Source: Hamiltosporidium tvaerminnensis FI-OER-3-3 (Eukaryota > Fungi > Microsporidia). Taken from it: 64,000 nucleotides of DNA. Location: NCBI GenBank assembly GCA_022605425.2, contig CM061250.1:434001-498000 (forward strand), in the 5' to 3' direction. A program made the translations under genes and the position numbers. This document shows, in pieces, positions 40,637-52,499 of this stretch (position 1 is the first letter of the stretch; each line of letters starts with the position of its first letter). The notes beneath the pieces were generated by a model. That model was not told the origin of the DNA. It was given only the letters and a program-made list of their open reading frames with translations, and searched no databases.

Positions 40637-41460
40637 AACACCCCTTTAATAACATACCAGAGTACCTTCTATCTAACACCCCTTTAATAACATACCAGAG
40701 TACCTTCTATCTAACACCCCTTTAATAGCATAACAAATAATACCTTCTATCTAACACCCCTTTAATAACATACCAGAGTACCTTCTATCTAACACCCCTT
40801 TAAACCACATACTTACTGTAAATTGAATTTAACACACCTTTAACATCCTAGTAGTGTACCTTGTATCTACCACCCCTTTAATAACATACCTGTGTACCTT
40901 CTATCTAACACCCTTTTAATAGCATAACAAATAATACCTATATCTAACACCCCTTTAATAACATACCTGAGTACCTTCTATCTAACACCCTTTTAATAGC
41001 ATAACAAATAATACCTTTTATTTAACACCCCTTTAATAACCTACCAGAGTACCTTCTATCTAACACCCTTTTAATAGCATAACAAATAATACCTATATCT
41101 AACACCCCTTTAATAACATACCTGTGTACCTTCTATCTAACACCCTTTTAATAGCATAACAAATAATACCTATATCTAACACCCCTTTAATAACATACCT
41201 GTGTACCTTCTATCTAACACCCCTTTAATAACATACCTGAGTACCTTCTATCTAACACCCCTTTAATAACATACCTGTGTACCTTCTATCTAACACCCTT
41301 TTAATAGCATAACAAATAATACCTATATAACACCCCTTTAATAAGATACCTGAGTACCTTCTATCTAACACCCTTTTAATGCATAACAAATAAACCTTAT
41401 ATCTAACACCCCTTTAAAATATAACAAATATTACCTTTTATTTAACACCCCTTTAATAAC
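40637..41460. repeat. Minisatellite, about 21 units of 38/39 bp with a TAACACCC(C/T)TTTAA core
   Basis: Unit A TAACACCCCTTTAATAACATACC(A/T)G(A/T)GTACCTTCTATC and unit B TAACACCCTTTTAATAGCATAACAAATAATACCTATATC, often alternating. Confidence 0.95.
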
Positions 41461-41534
41461 ATTTATATAATAATATACTAAATAAGATATAATAATTTTA
41501 AAATAAGCTATTAGTAATACCTTTATTGATTCAC

Positions 41535-42263
41535 CTATCGTTTACCGTCTTCTTCAACTTCGATAATCTTATAATCCAGTCTTTCACTTGGTTTAAGAGA
41601 ACTATCTTTAAAAGTACTGTTATCCCCTTGAGCTTGTAACATATCAGTAAGTATCTTATCGTTAGCAGATATAATATTGGCAAGTTCGTTCATCATATTC
41701 TTAACAATACCTTGGTTTTCAAGTACTTTGGTGACTGGATTAGGGTTGTTGGGTGGATTGGTAGATTCCTCTTTCTTATTCATGGCTGTTGCTACGGGTG
41801 GCTGGTAGGTTTGTGATATGGCCATCATGTCGGGAGTGGAGAAGCCTTTTTGCTGCGTTGGATTTTCTTCGGGCTCTTTGTGGGTGTCCGGCAAGGTTTT
41901 AGAAACTTCTTCTTTTTTCTTTTTTGAAGACAATTTGTGCGACAAATCATCTGGGTTTCTCACGAGAGGCGGGGTTACTTTTTGTTTTTTGTTGGTTTTT
42001 AGGGAATTCTTTGTGTTTTCTTCATTGTCGTCTCTTGGCTTATTGGATTTGAATATACTGTAGCTCATTGCCGCCTTATGCTCAGGGTGTCCTTCTTCAT
42101 CCTCTGGTCCATCGAGGCTCTGTATAGCCTCAGATTTCGCTAATGGTGATTTACTAACCAACTTCTTGTCATCAGCACCGAGCAACTTTTGTTTGGTTGT
42201 CTTCAAAGCATACAAGGTATTTATTATAGCAAATAATATAAAAAGTCCTGTAGTGTTCTTCAT
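41535..42263 (-). CDS. Secreted, largely disordered hypothetical protein (242 aa)
   Basis: Signal peptide MKNTTGLFILFAIINTLYA; K/E/P/N-rich body; higher GC than its flanks. Confidence 0.85.
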   Translation of the reverse strand: MKNTTGLFILFAIINTLYALKTTKQKLLGADDKKLVSKSPLAKSEAIQSLDGPEDEEGHPEHKAAMSYSIFKSNKPRDDNEENTKNSLKTNKKQKVTPPLVRNPDDLSHKLSSKKKKEEVSKTLPDTHKEPEENPTQQKGFSTPDMMAISQTYQPPVATAMNKKEESTNPPNNPNPVTKVLENQGIVKNMMNELANIISANDKILTDMLQAQGDNSTFKDSSLKPSERLDYKIIEVEEDGKR

Positions 42264-42744
42264 TTATGTTTTTACAATTTTCGACGTATTTATACTTTTT
42301 CTGAAACATGTTTCGGAAATGTTTTTTTTATGTTTTCTAAACCAAATTGAAACATTATTTTCACAATTGACCAATCAAAATAGGTATTTCATTGAAATAT
42401 TTTTATGTCGAAACATGTTTCATGTGGGTATACACTGTATTTAGGTATAAACAAATATGGAGAAGAAGAAGAGAGAAAATAATTGTAAAAAATAGTATTT
42501 TAATAAACTCCTGGAGACTAAAAATGTGTGATTAGTGGTCTTTTTAATATCTTTTGATTTTTAATATCAAGGATTTTAAATTTTTCCTTATTTGTTCATT
42601 TTTTTAGTTTGGTTATGTTTTATTGGTGAATTGTAAATATTTATAATTAAAAATAGAATCGGTGTTCTAGTAGAAGCAATTTTAAGATTAATAAAGCAAT
42701 TTAAAAGTTTTGGTATATGTTTTCTTATGACTCCTTTAATATTT

Positions 42745-43050
42745 TTTTTAAGACCCCTTTGGTTTATAGTGTTAATATTAAGACCCATTTAGTATATATT
42801 TTTGCTCTAAGACCTCTTTTATATATCTAGTATATTAAGACCCCTTTATTAATAGGGCGTTCTAAGAGTTCTTTGTTATATGCTGTTTTATTAAGACCCC
42901 TTTATCACACTCTAGTCTATCTAGACCCCTTTAATATATACCTGTATGGATAACACCCCTTTAGTATAATCTTATATGGATAACACCCTCTAATTTACTC
43001 ATGCCACCAACACCCTATACCAAGTCTTTATCACCAAGATCCCCTTATCT
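42745..43050. repeat. Degenerate ~29-bp period array with an (AAG/TAAC)ACCCCTTT core
   Basis: Cores near 42750, 42780, 42809, 42837, 42893, 42922, 42951, 42981, 43009 and 43037 with variable intervening sequence. Confidence 0.75.
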
Positions 43051-43210
43051 TTATATTCCAAGATTTCTTCTAATTTTTCCATATTAATACCGTTTTGGAA
43101 ACTCTTATAAAATAACACCTTTTAATTTTATGGTAAAAAATTGTGGACCCTTTATACTTTTTTGTAATTTTATTTTATTTTGAAATAAAACTTCTATTTT
43201 TTTGAACCCC

Positions 43211-43873
43211 ATGGAAGAACTTAAAAAAATACCAAGAATAACACGTATTATACTTACAATGTCAATATTAATTCCAGTACTTTTCACTATGTCGCCATTT
43301 CTTTCAGAATATTTGTATTTCGATGCTGAATATTTAAAAAGATTACAAATTTGGAGACTAATTACAGGAATATTTGTATCTACATTTGATATAAATCTTG
43401 TGTTTATTCTATTAACCAGATATCAAATATTAAAATTTATAGAAATGTCAAAATTACAAATTGATGCTATATCTCATGAGATAGAATTGACATTTTTTAT
43501 TTTAAGTTTTTCTTTTACACTTTTCTTAGCAAATTTTATCAGTGAACTCGGTTCCTTCAACCAGTGTATCAATATGGCACTTGTAAATTATATGTGCAGA
43601 CTTTGCGGCACAGATAATATGATCAGCTTCTTTGGATTTAGTATCAGTCCAATTTATTTCCCATATTTTTATGGTTTCTACGAGTACATCATCAGTAAAG
43701 GAACTTCTAAGTTCTATTATGGTTTGATACACTCAGTAAGTTATATCTACTTAAGAAAAAAACTTTTTAAGATACCACAGTGTTATATAAATTTTTATAC
43801 ATATATTTTATCAAGAATTAACTGTCCTAAAGGATTTAAAGGCGTAGGTAGAAAAATAGGGAAAAAACAATAA
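43211..43873 (+). CDS. DER1: Derlin (Der1-like ERAD membrane protein)
   Basis: IPRITR, LQIWRLITG (Derlin WR motif), ISFFGF..YFPY, C-terminal FKGVGRKIG SHP box; start at ATG 43211 after AACCCC. Confidence 0.88.
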   Translation: MEELKKIPRITRIILTMSILIPVLFTMSPFLSEYLYFDAEYLKRLQIWRLITGIFVSTFDINLVFILLTRYQILKFIEMSKLQIDAISHEIELTFFILSFSFTLFLANFISELGSFNQCINMALVNYMCRLCGTDNMISFFGFSISPIYFPYFYGFYEYIISKGTSKFYYGLIHSVSYIYLRKKLFKIPQCYINFYTYILSRINCPKGFKGVGRKIGKKQ

Positions 43874-46288
43874 AAATATTCAGTTCATATTTTAGACCAG
43901 AATCTTATATTTTTATATTTTAATTTTAGAATTAAATACCGCTATTAAATTAAAATTTTATTACAATTTATTACTTTTGATAGTTTAATATAAATTTCTT
44001 ATCTTTATAAATGTCTTAGCTTTATAATTGAATTATATTTTATATTTCAGTTATTCTATTAAATCTTTAAGATTATATTTTTAAGTTTTTGATTAAATTT
44101 TCTTTAAAAATTTTATTTGTAAATTTAAAAAAAATTATTTTGAAAATAAATATCCTTTTTGATTCCAACTTTCATATTTGTGACAATCTGTTGTTTCTTA
44201 GATCTGAGAGAAACTTACGTTTGAAAAATATATTAGATTTTTTATGTATTTAAGTTCTTTATATTAAATTCTTATTTTCACATTCTAACCTTGAATTATT
44301 CTTAGTTTAACTCAAATATTAAATAAAATAAATTACTTTGGCTGTCTTTTTAAGTAATATTGAGTAAATATAAGTTTAATTCCCAATATTTATAAATAAT
44401 AATATCTGATTTAAAAAATATTTTAATTTTTTTACAAAAAAAACGATAAAATAAAATCTCAGCAAAATAATTGCAAATTTATTTTTATTTTAAGAATAAT
44501 CTTTAAAAAGTAAAAAATTTTTATTAACTGATTCTCTGAATAAGATTTAGATTTTAGAAGCTTTACTACACACACATTTAATTTGATAATTTTTTTGAAT
44601 CAATTAAAAGTTTAAGAGATATTTTTTTTCTTTAATTGATACTATTATTGGTTTTATAATGTTTTCAAACAAATTAAGCAACTTTTTAGAATCATTTAGC
44701 AATGAAATACTATTCTTAAGAGTTTAATATTTCTTGACTTTTCTGAGGTGTGTATGTTATTGTTCAGAGATATCACATGATTCTTTAATTATAGATTTAA
44801 TTTTTTTTAAAATGTAATTATGAATTTAATTTTTTTATAAATGTAATTATGAATTTAATATTTTTTAAAATGTAAATGTAAATATAGCTAAATATTTTTA
44901 TAAATGTACATGTAATTAAAATTTTTAATATTTTTAAACAAAACTGTAATTAAAATTTTTAATATTTTTTTATCTAAATTCAGTTTTTCTACTTTTTGAT
45001 CAAAAATAAATAAAAAGTTGATTTAAATAGAGGTTTATATATATTTGATATTTTATTTCCACAACTATTTTTTTTCTATAAGTTTAAATAAATCTCATGG
45101 TTTTTTTTAGGGAAATTATAAATGTTTTAAATACGTTTTAATTTATGATTTAAATATGAAAAAATAATTCGTTATACTTACTGGTGTTTTTTATAATTTT
45201 TTATGGTGATTTTATTTATTATTTGTATTTTAGTGTGAATTGTTTAATGAAAAAATATTTTTGAAGATTCGATGAAATAAAATCTTTGAGAAAAATACGA
45301 AAGCATTACAAAAAGTTGGTGTAAATAAAAGATTTATTGCAGTATTGTTGTCACATAAATGATACATCACACTATCAACTGTAATCAAGCTTGTTTAATA
45401 TTCTTAAAAAAATCAAACAATAAGTAAAAACTAATTAATTTATGACTATATATGTAGAATAAATTAAATATGATTCAAATCATTTGATGAAACTAATTTC
45501 TTCAGTTGCATACACTTTAGTAGTAACCATTCGAAAAATCTTTACTGATATCAGAAACTTAATATATATGTGTAACTGAATTTCTATTTCATTGAGAATA
45601 AAATTTTACATTTTTTTAACCAAATACGAAGAAAATTTTGTAAAAAAATACAAAGTTTTGTTGTAGAAATGTACTTTTTAGATGAAATTATATTCAAAGA
45701 TTCAGTGATAATCCTCTCTTATATATCTATAAGATTTAAACTAATGATCATTTGTCATCTGTATCCGAAGGCTTTGAAATCGATAAATTCGTCAATTATT
45801 ATAAACTAGATATTTGTTTTTACTTTACATCTCATCAATATACATTAGGTTGATTGTTTTGTAGGAATTTATTTGATGAAATGTTTAATATATAAAAATT
45901 ACAATTCACATGCGGAAAATTTCTCAGTATAAAGATACATTTATACTAAGAAAACAAACCTCGAACAGAAAAGATTGTATTTATAATTTGAAATTTTGAG
46001 ATGCAAATTTTTTATAATAAATCAAAAATCAGGAAAACAGGAAAATTAAATTTTGGTCTTGAGTCAATATTTTAGTTTTTTTTAATTGTAAATCAAAACA
46101 AATCCTACTTAATACATTTTGTATTTTCAACCGAGCTTTTCGGTTAAAATATTGGCTATTATCAGGAAGAAAAAATCTTAATCAATAAGATGCGAAATAA
46201 ACACACAAACTCTATTATTGTAAACATAAATTATTTAGTATAAAAAATAATACACTCGATAAGATGAAAAGCTGTAATACAGTGTTTT

Positions 46289-46523
46289 TTCCCCACCATG
46301 CCGGGAGCTGAATTTGCTTGGAGTATTCTCTGCTTATCGTAAGAGGCGACTAAAAGGAACTGATCCTCCATGTTGGAGTTGAGCGTATGAGGAACAACCC
46401 ATCTTTTAAAACTACCTTGTTATGAAACCCGATAAGTAAACGAACCCACTGGAAAAAGACCGGTGAGCGGTATTAACAAGGGAGACCAAGGCTTGCATAG
46501 GACTAAAGTGCCAAGGATGAAGG
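46289..46523 (+). mobile_element. Short internally deleted RTE-like retroelement (SIDE/SINE)
   Basis: 13-bp TSD AATACAGTGTTTT at 46276-46288 and 46524-46536; 5' part has TCGTAAGAGGCGACTAAAAGG and GATCCTCCA-GTTGG; 3' part has ACCAAGGC...AGTGCCAAGGATGAAG, an RTE-like tail. Confidence 0.75.
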
Positions 46524-48234
46524 AATACAGTGTTTTAAACCTTCTTCTTTTTACTGTCTTTTTACCTATCTTCTTCAAATATTACGTGTCATGTATTTTA
46601 TTATGCTTATATATTATTATTCAACACTTGTTTGATTATTTTATTCTCATTTTAGTGTTGATTTTTTGAATCGGAATTCTTCAATTCTATTCCTTATTTT
46701 TGAGTAGACAAATTAAATTTGGGTTTTTTTAATTGTCTAACGACTCATCATATGACATCTATTTTGTTCTTTTAATTGTTTATATCGAAATTTATTATTA
46801 ACTTTGAGCTTTTATTTGATCAAAAAAAGTCCTTTTGATGTTCTTTTTTATACAATCGACTGATCATATGCAGCTATTTTTAGTGATACTTAAGGTTTTT
46901 TTAATTTAGTTTATGGCATTTATTACAATACCATCAAATCTTATTAAACAAGCAATAATCTATGTAATAAAGGTGACAAGAAGGGCTTAAATGACTAACA
47001 ATTCGTAATTATTAATTTCTAGAATTCGATCATTTGAATTTAATCTTTTATGGTATATAATGTACCAAAGTCGTCATATTTATTTCTTATCTAAAAGAAA
47101 ATTATGGGTAAACTATTTGGGGTCTAAGCTTCGAATAAATCATATATCTATATTAAATCCCACATAGATATTATTTTGGTATTATTTCGAACTAAGGAAC
47201 ACCTTTCGTTTGGAAAGACTCGAACTTGCATATAATCGAATTAAAGTATAAATTGCATCCTTATTACCTCATAGGGATGCCCAGCAATATCATATATGTG
47301 CATTTTTTTGATTAATTTCCCAAAATATCAACCCAATTCTAGAACTGATATTATTTAGACTCTTTCTTTTTGTGATAAGAATACATTTATACCTTGAATA
47401 TGTTGCAAAACTGTCTGTTAATATAGCCAGATATTCCGTTTCTGTATTCGTTTTAAAAAAAACACTTATACATACGCACTAATTATTTTAAACACTATAT
47501 GAGCTTATATTTAATTCTCATCGTTAATTTTCCTAAAAATATTATTAATTTTGATTTTGATAATATTCCGATGTAATTTTTCTTTTAAACATACGCTCTA
47601 CTCATTTAAAGGCTTTTGTTCGTTTAGACGTGTTTTATTAACATTGCTACCATCGAGATTACTTCTATGCTGATGATATTTCTTTATTTCTTTTCCGCAA
47701 TTCTAAGAGCGCAAAAGCAAGGTTACTGTGGAAACTCAAAATTTGAATGGTTCTAACGTATATTGATTTTAGGCTTTTAAGGAGCTATTTACATTATGGT
47801 TTTAAGTTTATCTTATTCTTCGATTGCACTGTTCACAGCGCATAATATAACTTTAAATATTAGCCGATTCAAATTAAAAACATCTAAAGTGATAGTTTGT
47901 ACGAGATAGCTATTTCTAGTTTAATGAAATAGATTTCGAGCGTAAATTTAGCGGTAAAAGTTTTTTAACTAATAATATTAAATAGGCGTTCATTTCTAAG
48001 AATAAACTTTCAAAGAGTTATTTTTTGTATCTTCTATTACAAGGATCTCCACTATTTTGGCTTGTGACTCCATTGATTTCTTATAAGTTCTGCGGGCCAC
48101 GAACCTATTACTTTTTTTGGCACCATGCTGAAAAATATTTCTACAGTTTTAATTTTTAAGTTTTTAAAATAATTTTTAAAGTTTTATATACATGTTCATA
48201 AAAATAAAAATGTAATGAACGGTATTTCTATAAC

Positions 48235-48953
48235 TTTATCGAAAAGTATCATATCTTTTTTAAAAAGGTGGTAAGTGTTATATTTATTTTCATGAGATTA
48301 ACGCAGTTCTAGGGGTAACATAAATAACTGCTACCCAACACTTCATCAGTACCACCTGCAATACCTACGTCTTAAAGCCTTTCATCTATCAGGTGTGTAT
48401 AACCTAATTAATGGGCGAGGCCGTTGCTCGTAGTTAGTTAATGTCTGTTGCAAGCAGTGTTTTCGAAGCCCACCTGCAATCCCCTAAGACTATGCAGCAT
48501 TCCCACTTACTCTACACTTTCTGAACCTAATAAACTTCTAGTTAAGATATATTTCCGAGACTTACACGAGGTCTCTTAGACAGTGCAATGTCATATCAAC
48601 AAGTATACCCCGCTACTTAGCTCTCCCGGCTTTAAATAGTTTTTTATATTTATATTTCCTAGGCGCTAAGTCTTCTAACTCGGGTGAGCAAGGCTAGCTT
48701 TCCATGCTTTTACATGGCAAACACCTACATGTTTAGCTGCGGTCTGAAATCTTGTTACATTAAAAACTACAAATAAATTTGTAAAAACGGTTTCGCTATT
48801 TCGTAGACCTCTACTCTTGATATAAACGCCCATGGAACAACAGAGAATATAGTGTAGTTTTATTCGCACCAAAAATCTAAACAATGATCTTCACATCAGT
48901 TTCACTCACTTATTGCCAAGCAGAAAGTTTTTTATGTGGTTGTTCTCCCTCCA
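48235..48953 (-). mobile_element. Family A SINE-like element, copy 4 (more diverged)
   Basis: Full-length alignment to the other copies with more substitutions; TSD not clearly preserved. Confidence 0.88.
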
Positions 48954-49308
48954 TAAATAACTGTCTTTATAATTAGCTATTAATACTTTCAAATCTTTTT
49001 TTTTCTAATTTTCCTTCATTTAACTATCTATATCCTATCTAGGCATTAAATTATATGAGAATAGACAAAACCAACATTTATTAGCTGTATACCTTTTTTT
49101 AAACATAGTGATGTGAATACTGATATGATTTGATTAAAAGACTTATCCTTTTTTAAATATAGTGATATGAATAATTATATGATTTGAATTATAAGATAAA
49201 TATATATCTTGTAAAACCAAATATTTTCTTATAAAAAACCTATTAGTTTTACAAATAAGTATTAATAATCTAAATATTTTGTAATAAAGAAAATCTTAAT
49301 TCAAATTC

Positions 49309-50036
49309 TTTATTTAAAAGTATCACATCTTTTTTAAAACAGTGGCAAGTGTTATATTTGTTTTCATGACATTAACGCAGTTCTAGGTTTAACATAAATA
49401 ACTGCTACCCCAAAACTCCATCAGTAACCCCTGCGATACCTACGTCCCAAAGCCTTTCATCTACCAGGTGTGTAGAACCTAATTAATAGGCGAGGCAGTT
49501 GCCCGGAGTTCGTTAATGTCCGTTGCATGGAGTGTGATCGAAGGCCGAAGCCCCCCCTGGGCTCCCCCAAGACTATGCAGCATTCCCACTTACTCTACAC
49601 TTTCTGAACCCAATAAACTTCTAGCTAAGATATATTTCAGAGATTTACATGGGGTCCACCTAGACAGTGCAATGTCATACCAACAGGTATAACCTGCTAC
49701 TTAGCTCTCCCGGCTTTTAATGGTTTTTTATTTTATATCTCCCAGGCGCTAAGTCTTCTAACCCGAGTGAGCAAGGCTAGGTTTCCATGCTTTTACATGG
49801 CAATTACCTACATGTTCAGCTGCGGTCTGCAATCTGGTTACGTAAAAAACTACAAATAAATTAGTAGAAAAAGTTTCTCCATTTCTTAGACCTCTCCTCC
49901 TCATACAAACTCCCATGGAGCAACCGAAGATGTAGTGTGGTTTTATTCCCACTAAAAATCCAAACAATGATCTCACACCAGTTTCACACACTCATTGCCA
50001 AGCAGAAAGTTTTTTATGTGGTTATCCTCCCTCCAC
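49309..50036 (-). mobile_element. Family A SINE-like element, copy 5
   Basis: Full length; 13-bp TSD TCTTAATTCAAAT at 49294-49306 and 50038-50050. Confidence 0.92.
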
Positions 50037-50214
50037 TTCTTAATTCAAATAAGGTATAAATATTTTTAATATCGATATACAATCATTAATTAATATTTCA
50101 TTCTAATTGAATAGATCAATAGTTAAATAAAGAATATATTATTTATAGATTTAATATAATTAATTAAATTATTATTAATTAAATAAATAGATTTATAGTT
50201 AAATAAAGAATATA

Positions 50215-51972
50215 CTCCCTCTGTCCGGAAATATGGTATAAATTTTAGCGATTTTTGCTGTCCGGAAATATGGTATACATTTGCGAAAAAATAAAATAAA
50301 TCAAAAAATTACATGACAAGTCTATTATATTACCTTTAATTCGAACATTTTAATAAATATTAATGTAAATATAAAATAAAATTAAAAAAAATATGTATTA
50401 AAATTAATAAGTTCACTCGAAATTTGATTTGGCTTTATTGTATGCTTCTTTGGAATGAACATATTTTTATAGCAGTTGACTTTCGCCACGAGGTTTTCCT
50501 TTACTTAAATGAGGTATTTTATAGCCATTTCCTCCATCTGCTAACATAATTGACTCCATACATGCTTGCAATGTTGTAAAAACGTTATCGAGAGTATTCG
50601 CTTCTAATTTATGAAATGCATCTTGAACACAATTTGTTAATTCGGCAATTGTGTGTGGTGAAGCTTCATGTTGCAGCGATTGTATGGAGTTGACGAAACC
50701 TAAATCGAAAACATTTAAATCAGGGCTATTTGCCAGTTGCGCCTTAAATTTAATATTCCAGCCAGCAGCAGGACCAAGAGCGACAATATCTGCATCATTA
50801 TCAGAAAAATAGGGTTTTGCATTGTCTTGTTGTAGGTAAATTGTTTTCTTTTGTATGCTGGAGGAAATTTAGATTTAATTGCGGGAATTACAATATCAAT
50901 GCTCATGTTTTGGCAATGTACTGCTGTAACAGATTCTACATTTTTTGTTAAGATTGTCCCTTTAGCCCTGTTCTTGGGATTTCTTTAAGTTGGTTCTTGA
51001 TAAACAAATGACCATATTCTAATTTTTCCATCAAAATAAAGCTTTCGATGTGCATCATAGCGTGGTCGAGCTATTGCAGCCATGAACATTATTTTCGTAA
51101 TAAATCGCTTACTTTTGCAGTTTCTCTCCGGTTCTTCTTTGTTTAACATTAAGTAATAAGAGCGCTTAACTTTAGTTAGATAAAACCACTTTTCATTCAT
51201 GTTGAACGTAGTCGTACAAATTATCAAAAAGCAAATCTTCATTATTAGCAGGATTTACTTTAGACAAACAAAATTTCAATCTGTCTATTTTATTTTTATC
51301 TGTTAAAGTTGGTTTAACTGTAGAAGATATTCTCTTGATATACTTTCCCGACTTGAATATATCAAACAAAGTTGATTTTGGCATATCAATTGCAAAGGAA
51401 AGACTGCGAAGCGTTCCTCGAAGATTTATGGTGTATTCTTTATTTGCGCTAAATTGTTCAAATAGTCTTTAGGTTTTCTTCCGCATCTTTTTTTTCATTT
51501 TTGAAGAAACATCGGCCCATATCTTACCCTTTCTGTATTGAGTTTGTGCTACATGCCAAATTCTGCTAACGGTTAGCCGGGAAACTTGAAAAGCAGAAGA
51601 AACTTCGTTGATGGCACCATGTTTTAAGTTATTATCCTTCATCTGCTGTAATAATTTTTCTAAAATACCTTGACGTTTTTCTTTGGTATAGTGTTTATAT
51701 TTTAAATCTTTTCTTTCTAAATTTAATAAATTTACTTCCACATTTTCCATATTCGTCTTGCAGCGGTACTAATTTTATTTACCTCGAGAAAGACTGATGT
51801 TTGAACGGTAAGTTTGTAACTAAGAATGATACTACTAAAGTTAAATATTTTAGGTTATATTGTCATGAATATTTACTATGACAATGTCATGACAGTTGCG
51901 TATTTATTTTTTATATTCACGATAATCTACGGTTTTTGTTGAAATGTATACCATATTACCGGACACAGGGTG
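50215..51972 (-). mobile_element. Tc1/mariner transposon of the plant/oomycete DD39D type, complete ends
   Basis: 31-bp TIRs CTCCCTCTGTCCGGAAATATGGTATAAATTT and (rc) CACCCTGTGTCCGGTAATATGGTATACATTT; TA TSDs at 50213-14 and 51973-74. Confidence 0.92.
50480..51750 (-). pseudogene. Frameshifted DD39D-type mariner transposase
   Basis: HTH (VSRLTVSRIW), VKPTLTDKNK, YDYV..NEKWFYLT, KSKRFITKIMFMAAIARPR, FDGKI, LQQDNAKP, NSPDLNVFDLGF; several stops and frameshifts. Confidence 0.9.
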
Positions 51973-52499
51973 TATTATTTATAGATTTAATTAAATAAAA
52001 AGAATTATAATTAATTAAATATATAGATTTATAGTTAAATATATGTTTAGAATTATTGGTACTTTTACTTTGATTTTATATAGATTGGCTGTTTGAATTT
52101 AAATTTCAATATTTAGATTTAAGTATTCAAATTTAAATATAAAGAATCTTTAAAAATATTTTTTCAACTTTTTGAGCAGTAAAAATGATTAATAAATTAT
52201 GATTAATAATAAATTATAATCTATAAGAACCTATAAAATATTTAAAAGTAAATTCTTATATACTTACTATATTATTTATAAACCACAAACTATAAATAAT
52301 AAATCATAAACCATAAATATTAAACTAAAAACCAAAAATTATAGTAAATAACTAAAAACCACAAACCATAAATAATAAACTGTAAAATATTAAAAATAAA
52401 ACGTAAAAATTATAACGAATTCAATCTATTTATATTTAATTAATTGTTTATAATCGTTAAAAATAAAATATTTTAGGTTATTTTATTTTACATTAAATA

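Noticed and set aside
40637-41460. CRISPR array
   Set aside because: The 'spacers' are two recurring variants rather than unique sequences; no cas genes; eukaryotic context
48235-50036. LTR/TRIM element formed by two direct family A copies
   Set aside because: Copy 5 has its own 13-bp TSD, the two copies differ in divergence, and there are no TG..CA ends, PBS or PPT
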